NCBI RefSeq assembly: GCF_036321535.1
Contig: NC_087437.1
Span: 121,336,001 to 121,400,000 of the forward strand
Reading direction: 5' to 3'
Origin: Camelus dromedarius
Lineage: Eukaryota
DNA: 64,000 nt
Shown here: positions 25,091 through 36,713 of the stretch, piece by piece
Numbering within the stretch: the first letter of the stretch is position 1
Layout: every line of letters starts with the position of its first letter
Position numbers and translations under genes: made by a program
Notes under the pieces: generated by a model
The model's input: only the letters and a program-made list of their open reading frames with translations
What the model was told of the DNA's origin: nothing
Databases searched by the model: none

Positions 25091-26920
25091 TTTAAAATTT
25101 TTATTTTGAGGTAAAATTTACATACAGTGAAATGCAAATCCTGTGTGCTACTCAGTGATGTGTGACAAATGCCGAGACCTGCACAGCCAGAATCCCTCCA
25201 GGATGCAGAACGTCACCCCCCGGGACCCCTTCCCTGGCTCGCTTCCCCGGGATGACCACTGCCTGGTCTTCTAGGTCAGAGTTTGGTTGTCACTGTCCTG
25301 GATGTCGCGTCGGGGGATTCACATGGGACGTGCTCTCTGTGTCTGGGTTCTCCTGCTCGGCACGGCCTTGGGCTCCTCTGTGTCTTACGTAGCCGCGTTC
25401 CGTGCCCGTCTGTTGCTGAGGAGCGTTTCTTTGTACGGGCACACCGTTTGGCACCACTTTCCTGCGGATGGACACCTGGTCTTTTTTCTCTTTTTAGCTG
25501 CTGTGAGCAAGACTGCTATGAACATTCTTTACAAGTCTGTTTGTGGACATATGTTTTCGTTTCTCGGGGGTAAATACTTGGGAATGGAGCGCTGGGTCAT
25601 AGGGCAGGTGTGTGTTTAGCTTTACAAGCACCTGCCAGACGCTTCTCCACATGGTGTACGTTCACAGCCCCGCATCGTGGGAGAGGTGCCGGGCCGTGCC
25701 GGGCCGCAGAGCGTGAGCTGCCGGCTCGTCTGGCTCGGGCTCCCTCACCGTGAACCGGTGTTTTCCATGCTGCTGCCCGTCTGGGCGTCCTCGGGGGCCG
25801 AGGGTCTGTTTCACAAGGTTATGGCTGGGCTGCTTACTCTTAAGCTCCAGGGTTCCTCTGTCCTGGAGACGAACCTGTCAGGTGTGTGTTTTGCAAATAA
25901 TTTTCTCTCAGACTGTGACTCCCCCTTTATTTTCTGAACAACTGTGTTCAGGATCAGAAGTTTAATTTTGAAGAGTCTTGTTTGTTTTTTCCCATATACG
26001 TCTCACACGTCCCGTGCAAGAAAAGCGCCCAGCCCCGAGTCAGAAAGGCGCGGTCCTGCTCCTCTGAGCGCCGTGGTCTGGGCCTTTGTGTTCAGATTGC
26101 TGGTCCGTCTTGAATCGCCATTTGTCTGTGGTGACAAGCACGGTCAGGGTTCTTCCCCTCTTCGATGTGGGTGTTCAGCTGTCCCAGCACCATTTGTTAT
26201 AAAAAGACTTTTCTTTCCTCATCCAGTTGTCCTGGTGTCTTTGCGAACAATCAGATGGCCTTCCAGGAGCGGTTCTGCTTGTTGGGCCGTCTCGGTACCA
26301 GGCTGTCTGATTGCTGCGTCTGTGAAGCTCGTCTTGGGATCAGATGAGGGAAGTCCTGCATCGCCCTGGGCAGTCCGGGCCCGTATTGTTCCCGTGTGAA
26401 TCTTCACGGGCCTGTCGGTTTCTTAAAAGCCCCCCCCCCCCCGAACCGAGGGGGCCGTGAGCGGGCCTCCTCTGGCCTGCAGGTCAGTCGGGGGGCTGCC
26501 GTTCTAGCGCTGCTGGCGCATCGTCCGGGGACATGGCGTCCCCTCCGTTTGTGTGGATCTTCCTCAGGCTCTGTCAGCGCGCTTGTGGGGTTTTCGGAGT
26601 GAAGCTCTTAGATTTGTTTCGTGTGGACAAGCTTGTTGCAGTGTTTGTGCTTTTCAGAGCTTTTGTGCATGGAATTCTCAAAAGCTTATTTTCCAGTTTT
26701 CTACTAGTAGAGAAAAGTATGTTTTATTGCCATTAATTTTGTGTCCTCTGACCTTGCTGCAATCACGCATCAGCCCTGTAGCTCCCTTAGAGCTCTGTGC
26801 GTCATAATCCTGCCGCTTACAACACAGGCTCACGTCTCGCTTTCCAAACCGTGTTTCATGTCGTCCTCTCACCCTGCGGCCATGGCTCGAGCCTCTGCAG
26901 TGTTGAGAGAAGAAATGAGA
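25091..26920 (-). mobile_element. Old L1 (L1MB/ME-like) 3' end plus ORF2 relic, GC-enriched
   Basis: ttttattttgaggtaaaatttacatacagtgaaatgca; ctgctatgaacattctt...tgtggacatatgtttt; gtcccagcaccatttgtt. Confidence 0.8.
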
Positions 26921-29900
26921 ATGGCTTGCAGTCTGCAGGGGCAGGGGCTGGCCGTGGCCAGTGTCCTGTGCACCCGCCTTGTTCAGGGTCAGCAGCCCCG
27001 GCCGCGGGGGTGCAAAGGCTGCTGGCCCTCGGGCGCGCTCCGTTTCAGGCCCTGTTTATAAGGAACGTCCTTCAGTTTTTACAGTGGAGCAAGGGGGCAT
27101 GACCGGGATGGACGGGCCTTCAGGGAGCTGGCACAGCCCTCCTGGGCACCACATGGAAACGCGAGTTTCAGCCCAAAAAGACTCCCCGCATCAGCGTCCA
27201 CAGGCAGCGAAGTTGTTTTCGGAGGCCCAGTTTGCACAGGAGTGCTTTCGTGGCCACACCTCGGGCTGGTTTTGAATGAAAACTCCTAGGATGAAGGCAT
27301 GTCGGCCTGACTGCCAGCTGCCAACTTGTTGCTCTGCAGCGCAGGTTGCGGGGAGGGCCTTTTTGTGCCCGTCGGCTCAGGAGCAGGTGGGCCATCGCAG
27401 TCCACTCTTGGGGACGGAGGGGGGCTCACCTGGAGAGAGGTCACCTTCACGGTCTAGGTGCAGAGCTGTGACAGGCCAGCGACGGGGGGAGGGGCCCGAT
27501 AGCTACCGGCCTGGAGGACACAGCTGCCTCTGGCCAGAAAGGGCAGGGCGGGCTCTGTGGGCTCAGCCGGAAGAGGGGGCGTGGGCAGGCGGGGCCCGGG
27601 TCGGGGGACGCGGCCAGGCTGCCCTCTCCGGCTAAGAGCTGCCGGTGCAGAGCCCCGGGCACGGAGCTGGCACCCCTTTCAGTTGGCTGCTCTCACCGCG
27701 GTGGGCGCCGCCTTCCAGGCCGGGGCGAAGGGGCACCCGAGTCTGAGGACAGGCGTGCTCTGATGGCACGTGAGCAGTACGTTACAGGCTTGCTCGAGGA
27801 GCACAGAGCAAGCTAGTGGCCCCATTTACTGCCAGGCTCGGTGCCGGCCTTCTGCTCAGGAGCAGCCCCTGGCTGGTTGGGTGAGGCTGAGCTCCCAGCA
27901 CCCTCTTCTCACTCCTGTGTACGCACGGCTCAGCCCCGTCTCTCCCCGCACCGTCGCTGCGTGTGTCGGAGGCGCACAGGGCGCCGTGTTTCTGGTAGGT
28001 TCCCTCTGTTCTTGGCTCTGTTGTGTTTTGTCCTGTGTGGATAGTGGGTTCCAGCAGGTTCTTTTGGCACTTCTTGTGGTCACTCTGGCTTTTCCCTTCA
28101 AAGTGGCCACTGCAGTGGTGCCGGCACGCATCTCTGTTGTGCTGTCCTCGCGTGCCTTGGATACACCCTTGGTGGGCGCCTGTCGTTCACCTAAAGCGCT
28201 CCGCCTTTCATGGGCCGACCCTTCTGTAGGCACTTCACCTGTCCTTCTGGGGGCCGGGCCTCTGCTTTGCTCTCCGTGGTCCCGTGCGGCTTTGGTGCTG
28301 GGTCTGCCAGCCGGGGAGGGAGCCACCCGGTTCCGTCCCCACCTGAGCCCTAGCCCTGGCCGTCTCGGCCCACCTGGGGGCCTGGGCTCTCTGGGAGAGG
28401 CGCCCGGCATGATGAGGTACTGAGTGAGTTGTTTATCCTGGCAGGAGGGGAAGGGCTGATTGTCACCTTGTAAACCCTAACAGCCTGGCCTGAGGGGGGG
28501 CTTGGGGCCCAGCGCGTGAGGCCCCGAGAGGCAGGCAGTCTTTGTCCCCAGAGCTCGGCTCTTTGGGGCAAGGCAAACGGCCCTCGCTGCACAGGCCCCT
28601 GGGCTCTCCCAGTCTGGGCTGGCTGGGCAGGGTGTCCCTGTCTTGGCTGGTCTGAGTGGGCCTTTCAGAAGGTGGGGGCAGCGCTGTCCAGGACTGCGAG
28701 CTGGAGAGGAGCTGCTCCGGCCGGCCTTCCCGAAGCCTGCTGGGCCCCCCAGGTGGTTTCAGTTTCCACACGTGATTATTACTACTGTTTTGCACATGCC
28801 TGTTAGGGTCACCACGCACCCTTTTCACGTACACATCCTGGGCTCCGGGGGGCGGTGCTGAGCACACACACGTTCTTTGTTAATCGGTGGGCTCTCCTGA
28901 GTCTGTCCTCACTCAGGGGTCCCAGTTCAGGTCCCCGTCCTCCAGGCCTGCCCTGTGCCTGGTGTCATCTCTTCCTCCTGGGTGCCTACCATCCCCTGCT
29001 GTCCCTGCCTGAGGGGCCGCTGGGCGGCCCCGACGCCAGAAGTTCAGGCGGTGGACTCGGCCCCTTGGGAGGGGGAGGGGAGGCGGAGGGGAGGGCCTGC
29101 CGCGCTGCTCTGGCGGCATCTCCCGGCCTCTGCGGCCGCCAGCCGTTTGTCAGGAAGGTGCTTGTAGTTCCCTTTCTGGGCGTGACTCAGAGTCTGCAGC
29201 CCAGCTATCTGTAGCCCAGTAAGCCTCGCACAGGCTCTGGTCTGACTGGCCAGGCCAGGCCCACCGCAGCCGCGTCTGCAGGTCTCTTCATAGCAGGGCT
29301 TTTTTTTTTTTTCTTTTTTAAATAAAGGGGATCTAATGCAGATCAATTAACTAATCAACTGCCACAGTCAGGTGGTCTCCCTGGGGCAAGATCTGCACAC
29401 AGACCTGTGAGCTGGTGTTTTCCACGAGCCACAAGGTGGAAACAATGTGTTGACTACCTGTTTTTTGAGCAATTTTGAAGTAAATGTATTTAAAATGAAG
29501 GTCAAATCCCGAGTCACTGTCCCCTTCTCCACGGAGGGGCCGCAGTTCCTCCCTGCCCTGCCCTCCCCACCACACACTGGAGCCCTGGGCCCGCCACCCC
29601 CTCCTGCGGGCTGTCCCGGTGCCCCGTCCCCACGGGCCCGCCCCCCTGTGCACAGATGTCTCGAGACCCAGTGGCACGCCTTCCCTCTCCTTTTGGGCTC
29701 GGACACTCTCCGTCTCGGTGTTCGGGACCCTCCCGCCTTGCGGGCTGCTCCCGTGGGAACCACTTTCTCCCTCCTGGTGTGTCCCCAGGAGGCACTGGGA
29801 GCAGAGAGGAAGGTGCCAACTGCTCTGACTGTGTGGCCCCCGAGCCCCCACTCCCGAGTCCAGGCCACACGCTATCGTCCCTTCTCTGGAAAAGATCCTC

Positions 29901-30132
29901 AGTGCCTGTCACCCAGTCTCCTTGTCAACCCTGTGATTAGACAGTGTGCCTCTGTGATTAGGGGGAGAAAATAGCTCAGAGCCACCGCCCCCAGGTTTCC
30001 AGGGCCGAGCTCGGGCTCTGGTGGGCTGGGGGTCAGGACCCTTACCGCTGGTATCCCACCTGCCAGTGAAGGTGGTGGAGGGTGCTTGTCCTCTGGTCAT
30101 CATCTCTTGCTGACCCCTTGTCCCCTCCGCAG

Positions 30133-30283
30133 AAATTGAAGCCATCAAGCTGGCGGAGCAGAAGCGCAAGGCGGAGCGGAGGCGGCAGGCCACAGTGGTG
30201 GTGGGGGACCTGCAGCCCCTGAGGGACGCCCTCCCTGAGCTGCTGGAGCTGGAGGCCGGCGGCCGGCGTCTCCCTGCCAGACG
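30133..30283 (+). CDS. SLX9: SLX9 coding exon 4 (KIEAIKLAEQKRKAERRRQATVVVGDLQPLRDALPELLELEAGGRRLPAR)
   Basis: Acceptor cccttgtcccctccgcag with a CTGAC branch-point motif just upstream; donor ACG|GTGAGT; 151 nt, phase 1 to 2; conserved VVGDLxPLRDALPEL motif. Confidence 0.96.
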
Positions 30284-31289
30284 GTGAGTGTCACGTCCAG
30301 CTGCCTGGTGGGTGCTGATGCGCGGAGGCCCGTCTCAACTCAGATACCCTTGCCCCGGGTCCAGCCGCGGGGCAGGGGCTGGGGTCTCAGGCCGGAGCTG
30401 CTCAGCAGGGTGCTGTGCCCGGCTGTCCCTGCCCGCTCCCCACCCCTGGCGCGTGGCCTGCCTCCGCTGCCTCCCTCCTGGAGCCAGACTTCCTCCCGGG
30501 CCTGTCCTGCCTCCCGTGGATCTGGGAGCTCCAGGAGAGCCGCCCCCTGCTGCTCCCAGGCTGCCGTTTCCTGGGCAGGACAAGGCCGCCGGCCTCGGGG
30601 GGAGGCAGCGGTACAGGTGTGACCGCAGCCGCGGCTCTAGAGCAAATGGGGAGTTGAGGCCTTTCCGTCCCTCATCATTCCTGCGTCGTCTCTAACTTTG
30701 CCTTTTTGAAATAATTCTTTCTCCAGCTGAATTCCCCTCTGATGAGAAGGGGTCTGGGCCCCCGGCCCCCTTTCACGGCTGTAGGTGGGGTGGTGGGTGC
30801 CATGCTCAGGGCCGCTTGCTGCAGAGCCAGGGGCTGGGCCCCAGGCCGGGGGCTGCCGGGATGGAAGCGCCCGGAATGTTGGGTCCAGACGAGGAGTGGC
30901 CACCAGAGCTGAGATTTGGCCACAGAACCGGAGCCTGAGATGCACATTCCATTCCTGCTTCTTGAACAAAAATGTGACCCGGTCAAGTACTCCTCCCCGG
31001 CTTCGAGTTTTCTCATCTGAAAAATGTGCTCGGGCCCCCAGAGGGGAGAGGGCCGCGTAAATACCGCGGCTGGCGGCCGAGGAGGGGCGTGCCACGGGGG
31101 CCTCCCAGCCCGTCGGCCAGGGTCACCACGCCCCCCCCCCCCCCCCGTGTGTCTTGGCGCTGGGGAGCTGTTTGCTTAAGGAAACGTTGTTTTGGAGCCG
31201 TTGTCGCTGCAGAGAAGCGGCAGAGGTGACACCAGGAGCCCCAGCGCCGCGGCCCGCAGCCTCCCATCAGCAGCCTTTTACTGCAGTGT

Positions 31290-32260
31290 GGGGCGTTCGT
31301 CACGCTCGGAACAGTGTTGATTCATAAGTAATAAGCTTAAAGTAATGCTTAATTTAAGCTCATAGTTTATCCAGATCTCCTCCGTTTTTACTTGGTGTCC
31401 TTTCCTGTTCCGGGACCTTACCCAGGATCCCACGTGACACCAGGTCATCATGTCCCCTTGGGTCTTCTCTGGGCTGTGACGGTTCCTCCGACTTTCTTGT
31501 TTTCAACGACCTTGACAGTTGTGAGGGGTCAGTCAGGCATTTTCCAGGACGCTCCTCCTGGAAAGAAGGGCCCTTCTCATCACGGCCCGTCCAGGGCAGC
31601 CGTCAGCACGACCGTCCCCATGACCTTCACCGCGGCCGCTGACCTTGGTCACCCGGCACAGGGGTGTCTGTGGGGTCTCTCCGCCACATGGCTGACCCCC
31701 CACTGTCCCCCGGAAGGGGGTCGCTGTGCACACCGGCACCCGAGGAGGGGGTCCGCCCCCCTCCCTGAGGACAGAGCAGCGGCCGGACCGACGTGGATTC
31801 TCCTGGGAGCAGATTCCCTCGTCTCCCGGTGTGCTCACCAGTCGTTTACTTATGTCAGGTCGGACCCACGGGTGTTTATTTTCTGCTCTGGGCCGTGATC
31901 CAATCCAGCTGAATTCTGCTGCTGCACCGGCTCCAGCTCTGGCCACTGGGAGCTCTCAGGCGGCCCCGGTCCCTCTGACTCCCCCGCGGGGCTGTGTGGT
32001 TTGTTGCTGAGCACAGCCTGCCTCTCGGCACCGTGCGCTCCAGGCTCGTTTTGGGCATTTCTCGCTCCTGTCCCCGAAGTGGCGTCTCTCCGGGAAGCTG
32101 GGTCTTTCCACTGGACTTGGTGTCAGAAACCAGGACCTGGGTGTTGGCGTGGTGACTGCCACTGGGGAGTCGTTTCTGGGCCCTCTCAGCTGACAGCAGG
32201 GACATACGTGTGTGTCTCTTGACCCGATGTGTTCTTGCGCAGTTGGGGACCACCCTCGTG
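31290..32260 (-). mobile_element. Old L1 (L1MC/MD-like) 3' region, GC-enriched
   Basis: tgtcctttcctgttccgggacc...cccaggatcccac...ggctgtgacggttcctccgactttcttgttttcaacgaccttgacagtt. Confidence 0.75.
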
Positions 32261-33367
32261 TCTACCGCCGGCTGCAGGTTGGGGCCCCCAGGCTGCTACT
32301 AGCTTTGGTGATTCTCACAAGCCGGTTTGAGCACGGCTGTCGTCTGTTACGGGGAGAGGAGACAGGCTGAAGTTGGCCAAGAGAGGAGACCAGGGGTGGG
32401 GACTGCAGGAGAGTTCCAGACGTGGAGCTTCCAGCTTTCCCTCCCCATGGAGGCTGGACGGTGGTCTTGCCCAGTACCAGCCTGCAGCAAGGTGAGGGAC
32501 TGTGCTGGAAGGGGACGCCCACCCAGCTCAGTCCCTTGTGGACAGGTGGGCATGGCTGGCAAACTTTATCTTTGGCCCCTTCACTCGATTCTTGTGCCCT
32601 TTTGAGATGGATGGGAGCCCCATTTCACAGAGTTGGGGTCCCTGTCATCGCTCTCGTCTTTCAGCTCCTAGCACAGGCCCAGGCCCTGCAGGTTTGCTGC
32701 CTTCCCTCACAGGCCAGGATTCCCTGGAGCTCATGCCGGGGGTGCCCTGGAAAGCAGCAGGTCACAGCTGGCAGGTGTTTCTGTTACCACTGCCCCCCAG
32801 GCTTGTACTAAAAGTCAGAGTTGGGCAGGATGTGTGGTGGCACCCAGATCCTGAGGGCAAGGCCTGGGCCCCCTGTCACCATCTGGGACACCCTGACCGA
32901 GGCCCTGGGCCTCCCCCAGTCCATCCCCGTCTGTGGGTGGCCTTGCAGGGTGGCGGGTGAGAGCCCCAGGCCGCAGGTGGGCCCGGGGTGTCCCCAGGCT
33001 CCACCAGGTGGGTGCCGCGCAGCGCTGAGGCCGGCCTGAGAACCGCACGGCGCTCCCGGGACCAGAGCCGCTGCCCAGGGCCATGCTTACCAGCAAGAGA
33101 TCAGCTTCTCTGGGAAGTTGCTCCTCTGGCTGAAGGTAGCGGCTGAGGGCAGAGAGCCTGACACGGGGAGCGCAGGTCTTAACGGCAGCAGGGTTTGCCC
33201 GCCGGTGCTGCTTGGTTTCGGGGCCCCCCGTCCCCCTAGGGGTGGGTGAGCCATATGGGCCCAGTCACACCGGGGGGGGGGGGCCAGGCGAGGTGGCAGG
33301 AGACCCCCAGAGCTGGGCACACCTGGGCGCTCGGTGTGGCTGACAGAAGCCTGGCAGGAAAGCACTG

Positions 33368-33440
33368 GCCTGTTTTACATTTGGGGAAATTAAGGCTTCG
33401 GGGTTCCTCCCGGGTCAGCCAGCATCTGGAGCTGCCGCCC
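33368..33440 (-). mobile_element. MIR fragment
   Basis: ctgttttacatttggggaaattaaggctt. Confidence 0.45.
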
Positions 33441-34598
33441 TGGTACTGGTGGGGCTGGGGCCCTCTTGCAGCCCGAGGACCAGTGTGGGCACTTGGCAGT
33501 GGCTGTGTGCATATCAGTCCTTCAGGCAGGTCTCTATCCGCTGTCCACCCTATCGGCCCCATGGCCAGAGCCAGGCCTGGACGCTGTGAATGAGCTGGGG
33601 CCCCCTGGGGGGGGACTTCAGAGCTGGTGGCAGGACTGGGGCAGGACGTCAGGGGTGCAAGCCCCCACCCCCGGGCTGCTGGTTTGGGTGCTGGGGGGTC
33701 AGTTCTGTTCCCCTGGTGGCCTTGGGGAATCACCCCACCTGTCTTTGTCCACAGCGCCAGTTAACTCCTGGAAGATTCCTCTGGAGGGGGTAGTTGTGCC
33801 TCCCTCTGAGCTGCCTACCAGGCCCTGGACGTGCCCTGAGGCTTGGGTGAGGGTCCTGCCCTTCCTTGCCTCCCACTGTGCCCCACCTGCCCCTTGGCCC
33901 CAAGGGGACCCCTGGGTGTGCTCGCACCAGGGGGCGGTGGACTCCCCTGTCGGAGCAGGAAGGGGTCCTGGGGGCCTTTCACGGGGGTGGGGATCCAAGG
34001 TTCCCGCTCCTCCCGCTGGAAGGCTGTGCTGGACCCAGGCCTCGCAACACACGGCTGCCTCCTGGGGGTGCTGGCTGGAAGGAGGGGGTCCTGAGCCCAC
34101 CAATTCAGCTAGGGTGGGGCTCCTCAGAACTCTGGGTGGTCGGTGGGGTACCTGCCCCCTGGTGGCCACAGGGAGAAGGGTCAGCGGTGGGAGGAGCAGG
34201 GCTGCAGTGTCCTGGCCCAAGGCTGAGCCTGGAGGGGGTCCCGTACTGGGGGCCTGGAGCAGGATGGGATGGGCACTGGCACCCCAGAGCAGCCAGGGTG
34301 GGGCTGGAGGGCAGGGCACGTCTTTCATTCATAATTCACAGAGAAGCATGAATAAGACATGAGGGCTCTTGGTCTGGAGACTAAATTTAGGTGTCGTCGC
34401 AGGACCCAGATGCTTTCCGCCGCCCCACCTGGGTCCCTTTCCTGCCACGGGGCGCCCGTGTCTCCACGCGTCCGCACACGCTCCCAGAGTCATTCACGGG
34501 GTAGAGGGCCTGGTGTGGCCCCGTGGCCCCGAGTCTAGCGCGCTGGCGGGAGGTTCCAGGTGAAGCTGTGCTGTGCCAACTCACCTCTCTGTCCACAG

Positions 34599-34667
34599 TG
34601 GGGCTGCCAGCAGGCCTCGGCCAGCCGAGTTGAGCCGGATGAACGCGGCACAGAGGCTGCAGCTCCT
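34599..34667 (+). CDS. SLX9: SLX9 coding exon 5 (RGAASRPRPAELSRMNAAQRLQLL)
   Basis: Acceptor ctcacctctctgtccacag; donor CCT|GTGAGT; 69 nt, phase 2 to 2; not in the ORF track, translated by hand; resembles recalled human PRPSELSRMSAAQRQQLL. Confidence 0.93.
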
Positions 34668-35830
34668 GTGAGTATGGTGCTGCCCCCGCCCCCGCACATC
34701 CCTGCCCCGGACGGTCAGGCCTCTGGCCGCTTCCCCAGCCCCAGTCCACGCGGGGCCGGCTCTGGGCACAGCCTTGTGGTTATGGTGAGGGGAGCAGCTG
34801 CTCCTGGCTGTCGGGGGCCCAGGTCTTTGCTGGGGGCTGGTATGGGCACTCGGGGACCCTGCTGTCCTGGGCATCTTGGGGATGTAGACACGTGGCTTGG
34901 GCAGTCGGTCATCAAGTGGGGTCCAAAACCTCCCCATTACAGCCAAGAACGCTGGAGCCCAGTGTGATTTGGCCTTGTCCTTGGTCACACACCTGCACGG
35001 ACAGAGCCCAGGCCCAGCCCCCCACCCCACCTCGCCAGCCCCGGCCAGGGCTGTCCCCACCACTACAGGCCCACGTGGGTTTCTGACCAGGTCGTCTGAG
35101 TTTCAGTGGCAGAGGTGGTGTTCCCCAGGGGCCCCTGGCGAGGCCACCTGTGGCCATGCTGGGCCATGGGGTCTACTGGACGTGAGCTGGCCCCAGCACT
35201 TCTGAAAGGTGGCGTGACCACGCCTGCTCCAGGTGGGGGCCGGCTGGGGTCGGGATGGGCGCAGAGTGTTGGCACTGCCATGGACAATGGGGGCGTGGGA
35301 CCTCCTGCAGGAGAGGGGCCCACCGAAGCCTGCCTGTCGCTCATCACCGCAGCGCCCTGGGGAGCAGGGCTGGTCGCGTGGTGCCGGGCTCACGCCCCTG
35401 GTTCCTGCTCCTGCCGTGGCCGCATCTGTTCTGGCTGCACTGGAGGGAGGCATGTCTTATGTAAGGTCTCGTGTGTGCAGGCGCCTGCCGGCTGCTGCCG
35501 TTCATGGCAGCTCCGTGTCCGTTCAGGGACGGGATGGGGCCTGTGTGACTGTGATGAGCCTGCAGGGCAGCCAGTCCCCTCCAGCCCAAAGCCCTGAAGC
35601 CTGAAGCCCTCAGACCCCACCTTGGCCTGCCCCCACCCGAGACTCTCCTGGCAGAATTTCACAGCCCCACTGCCTTCCTCACCCCCAACCTTGCCCTGGC
35701 CCAGGACCAGCCCTTTGCTGGGGTCCCTGCAGCGTGGCCAAGCGGGGGCCGGTCCCGGGGGTGCTGAATGCTCTTCCCGGCCCCCTCTGAGGGGCATGGG
35801 TTTGCTGACCTCTGATCTCCGTTCTTTCAG

Positions 35831-35951
35831 AGAGGAAGAAAGGACGCGGTTTCAGGAGCTGCTGGCCAGTCCGGCCTACAGAGCCAGCCCCCTGCTGGCC
35901 ATTGGGCGGCAGCTGGCCCAGCAGATGCAGCTGGACGGCAGCCAGCCCTGA
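35831..35951 (+). CDS. SLX9: SLX9 last coding exon (EEERTRFQELLASPAYRASPLLAIGRQLAQQMQLDGSQP*)
   Basis: Acceptor ctccgttctttcag; phase 2 completes CTA (Leu); TGA at 35949-35951; total spliced CDS 657 nt. Confidence 0.96.
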
Positions 35952-36707
35952 CCCGGCCCTGGGGTGTGCGTGAGCTCCGAGGACGCACAGAGGGCCGATT
36001 GCACCACCCGCCCTGCACCACCAGGCCCCTCATGACGGTGGCTGTGGTCCTCGGCGCAGCTGGGCCCCGTGAGTGGGGGAGAGGAGCGGTTTACACGGCA
36101 GCATTGTGACAGCCTGTTTTGCAATGAAACAAGCGCTGGGAAAACGGCAGGATGTGTGTGGGGCTGGAAGCCGGCCGCCCAGGCGGCGGTGCGGCCCCGT
36201 GGCCTGCCTCCTTCACGCTTCCCTGTTTTGTCTGAGTTTGTCAACAGCAACCGCACATTTATTATATATTATTTTAAGAGAGAATCCTGGCTTCCTGGTT
36301 CTCCAGGGACTCCAGGGCGTGGCTGGACCACCTCCTGGTGACGCCCTCTGTCAGGGCCCCTGACTTCCCCCCGCACCCCAGGACCTTCCCTGTGGCCGCG
36401 TGGCGGCCATGCCAGAGCGGAGGACGGGGACGTGAGGTGTGAGCCGGCTCTGCTGTCCCTGCTGGTGAACCTCGGACCCCGCCCCGGAGTGTGGCTGGAG
36501 AAGCCACAGATGTGTGGGGACCGCCCCCCAGAAGAGCCCTGCTGCCCAGACAGGCGCGGGCCGGGGCTGAGAGCAGGAGTGCAGGTTGGAGAGCTTTGCC
36601 GGGAGCTTCTGGCTCGCCCCGTGCAGGCTGCCCTGTCTGAGTGGAGGGACCTCCGCGTTTGTATATCTGTTTTTTAATCTTTGTAGAATGAACTTGGATT
36701 ACTTGGT

Positions 36708-36713
36708 AATAAA
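36708..36713 (+). terminator. SLX9: Candidate SLX9 polyadenylation signal (proximal)
   Basis: First AATAAA I found after the stop codon; upstream TGTA motifs and downstream GT/T-rich tract (ttggtgttttctgtgcatttt). Confidence 0.55.

Noticed and set aside
28409..28493. Possible intronic C/D-box snoRNA (ATGATGA...CTGA, 85 nt), also containing a telomerase-template-like aaccctaac
   Set aside because: No convincing terminal stem, no rRNA-complementary guide that I can recognise, about 1.6 kb from the 3' splice site; such short motifs occur by chance. An Rfam/snoscan hit would overturn this
35551..35604. GTGATGA...CTGA in intron 5 as a snoRNA
   Set aside because: Too short (about 50 nt) and no stem or guide
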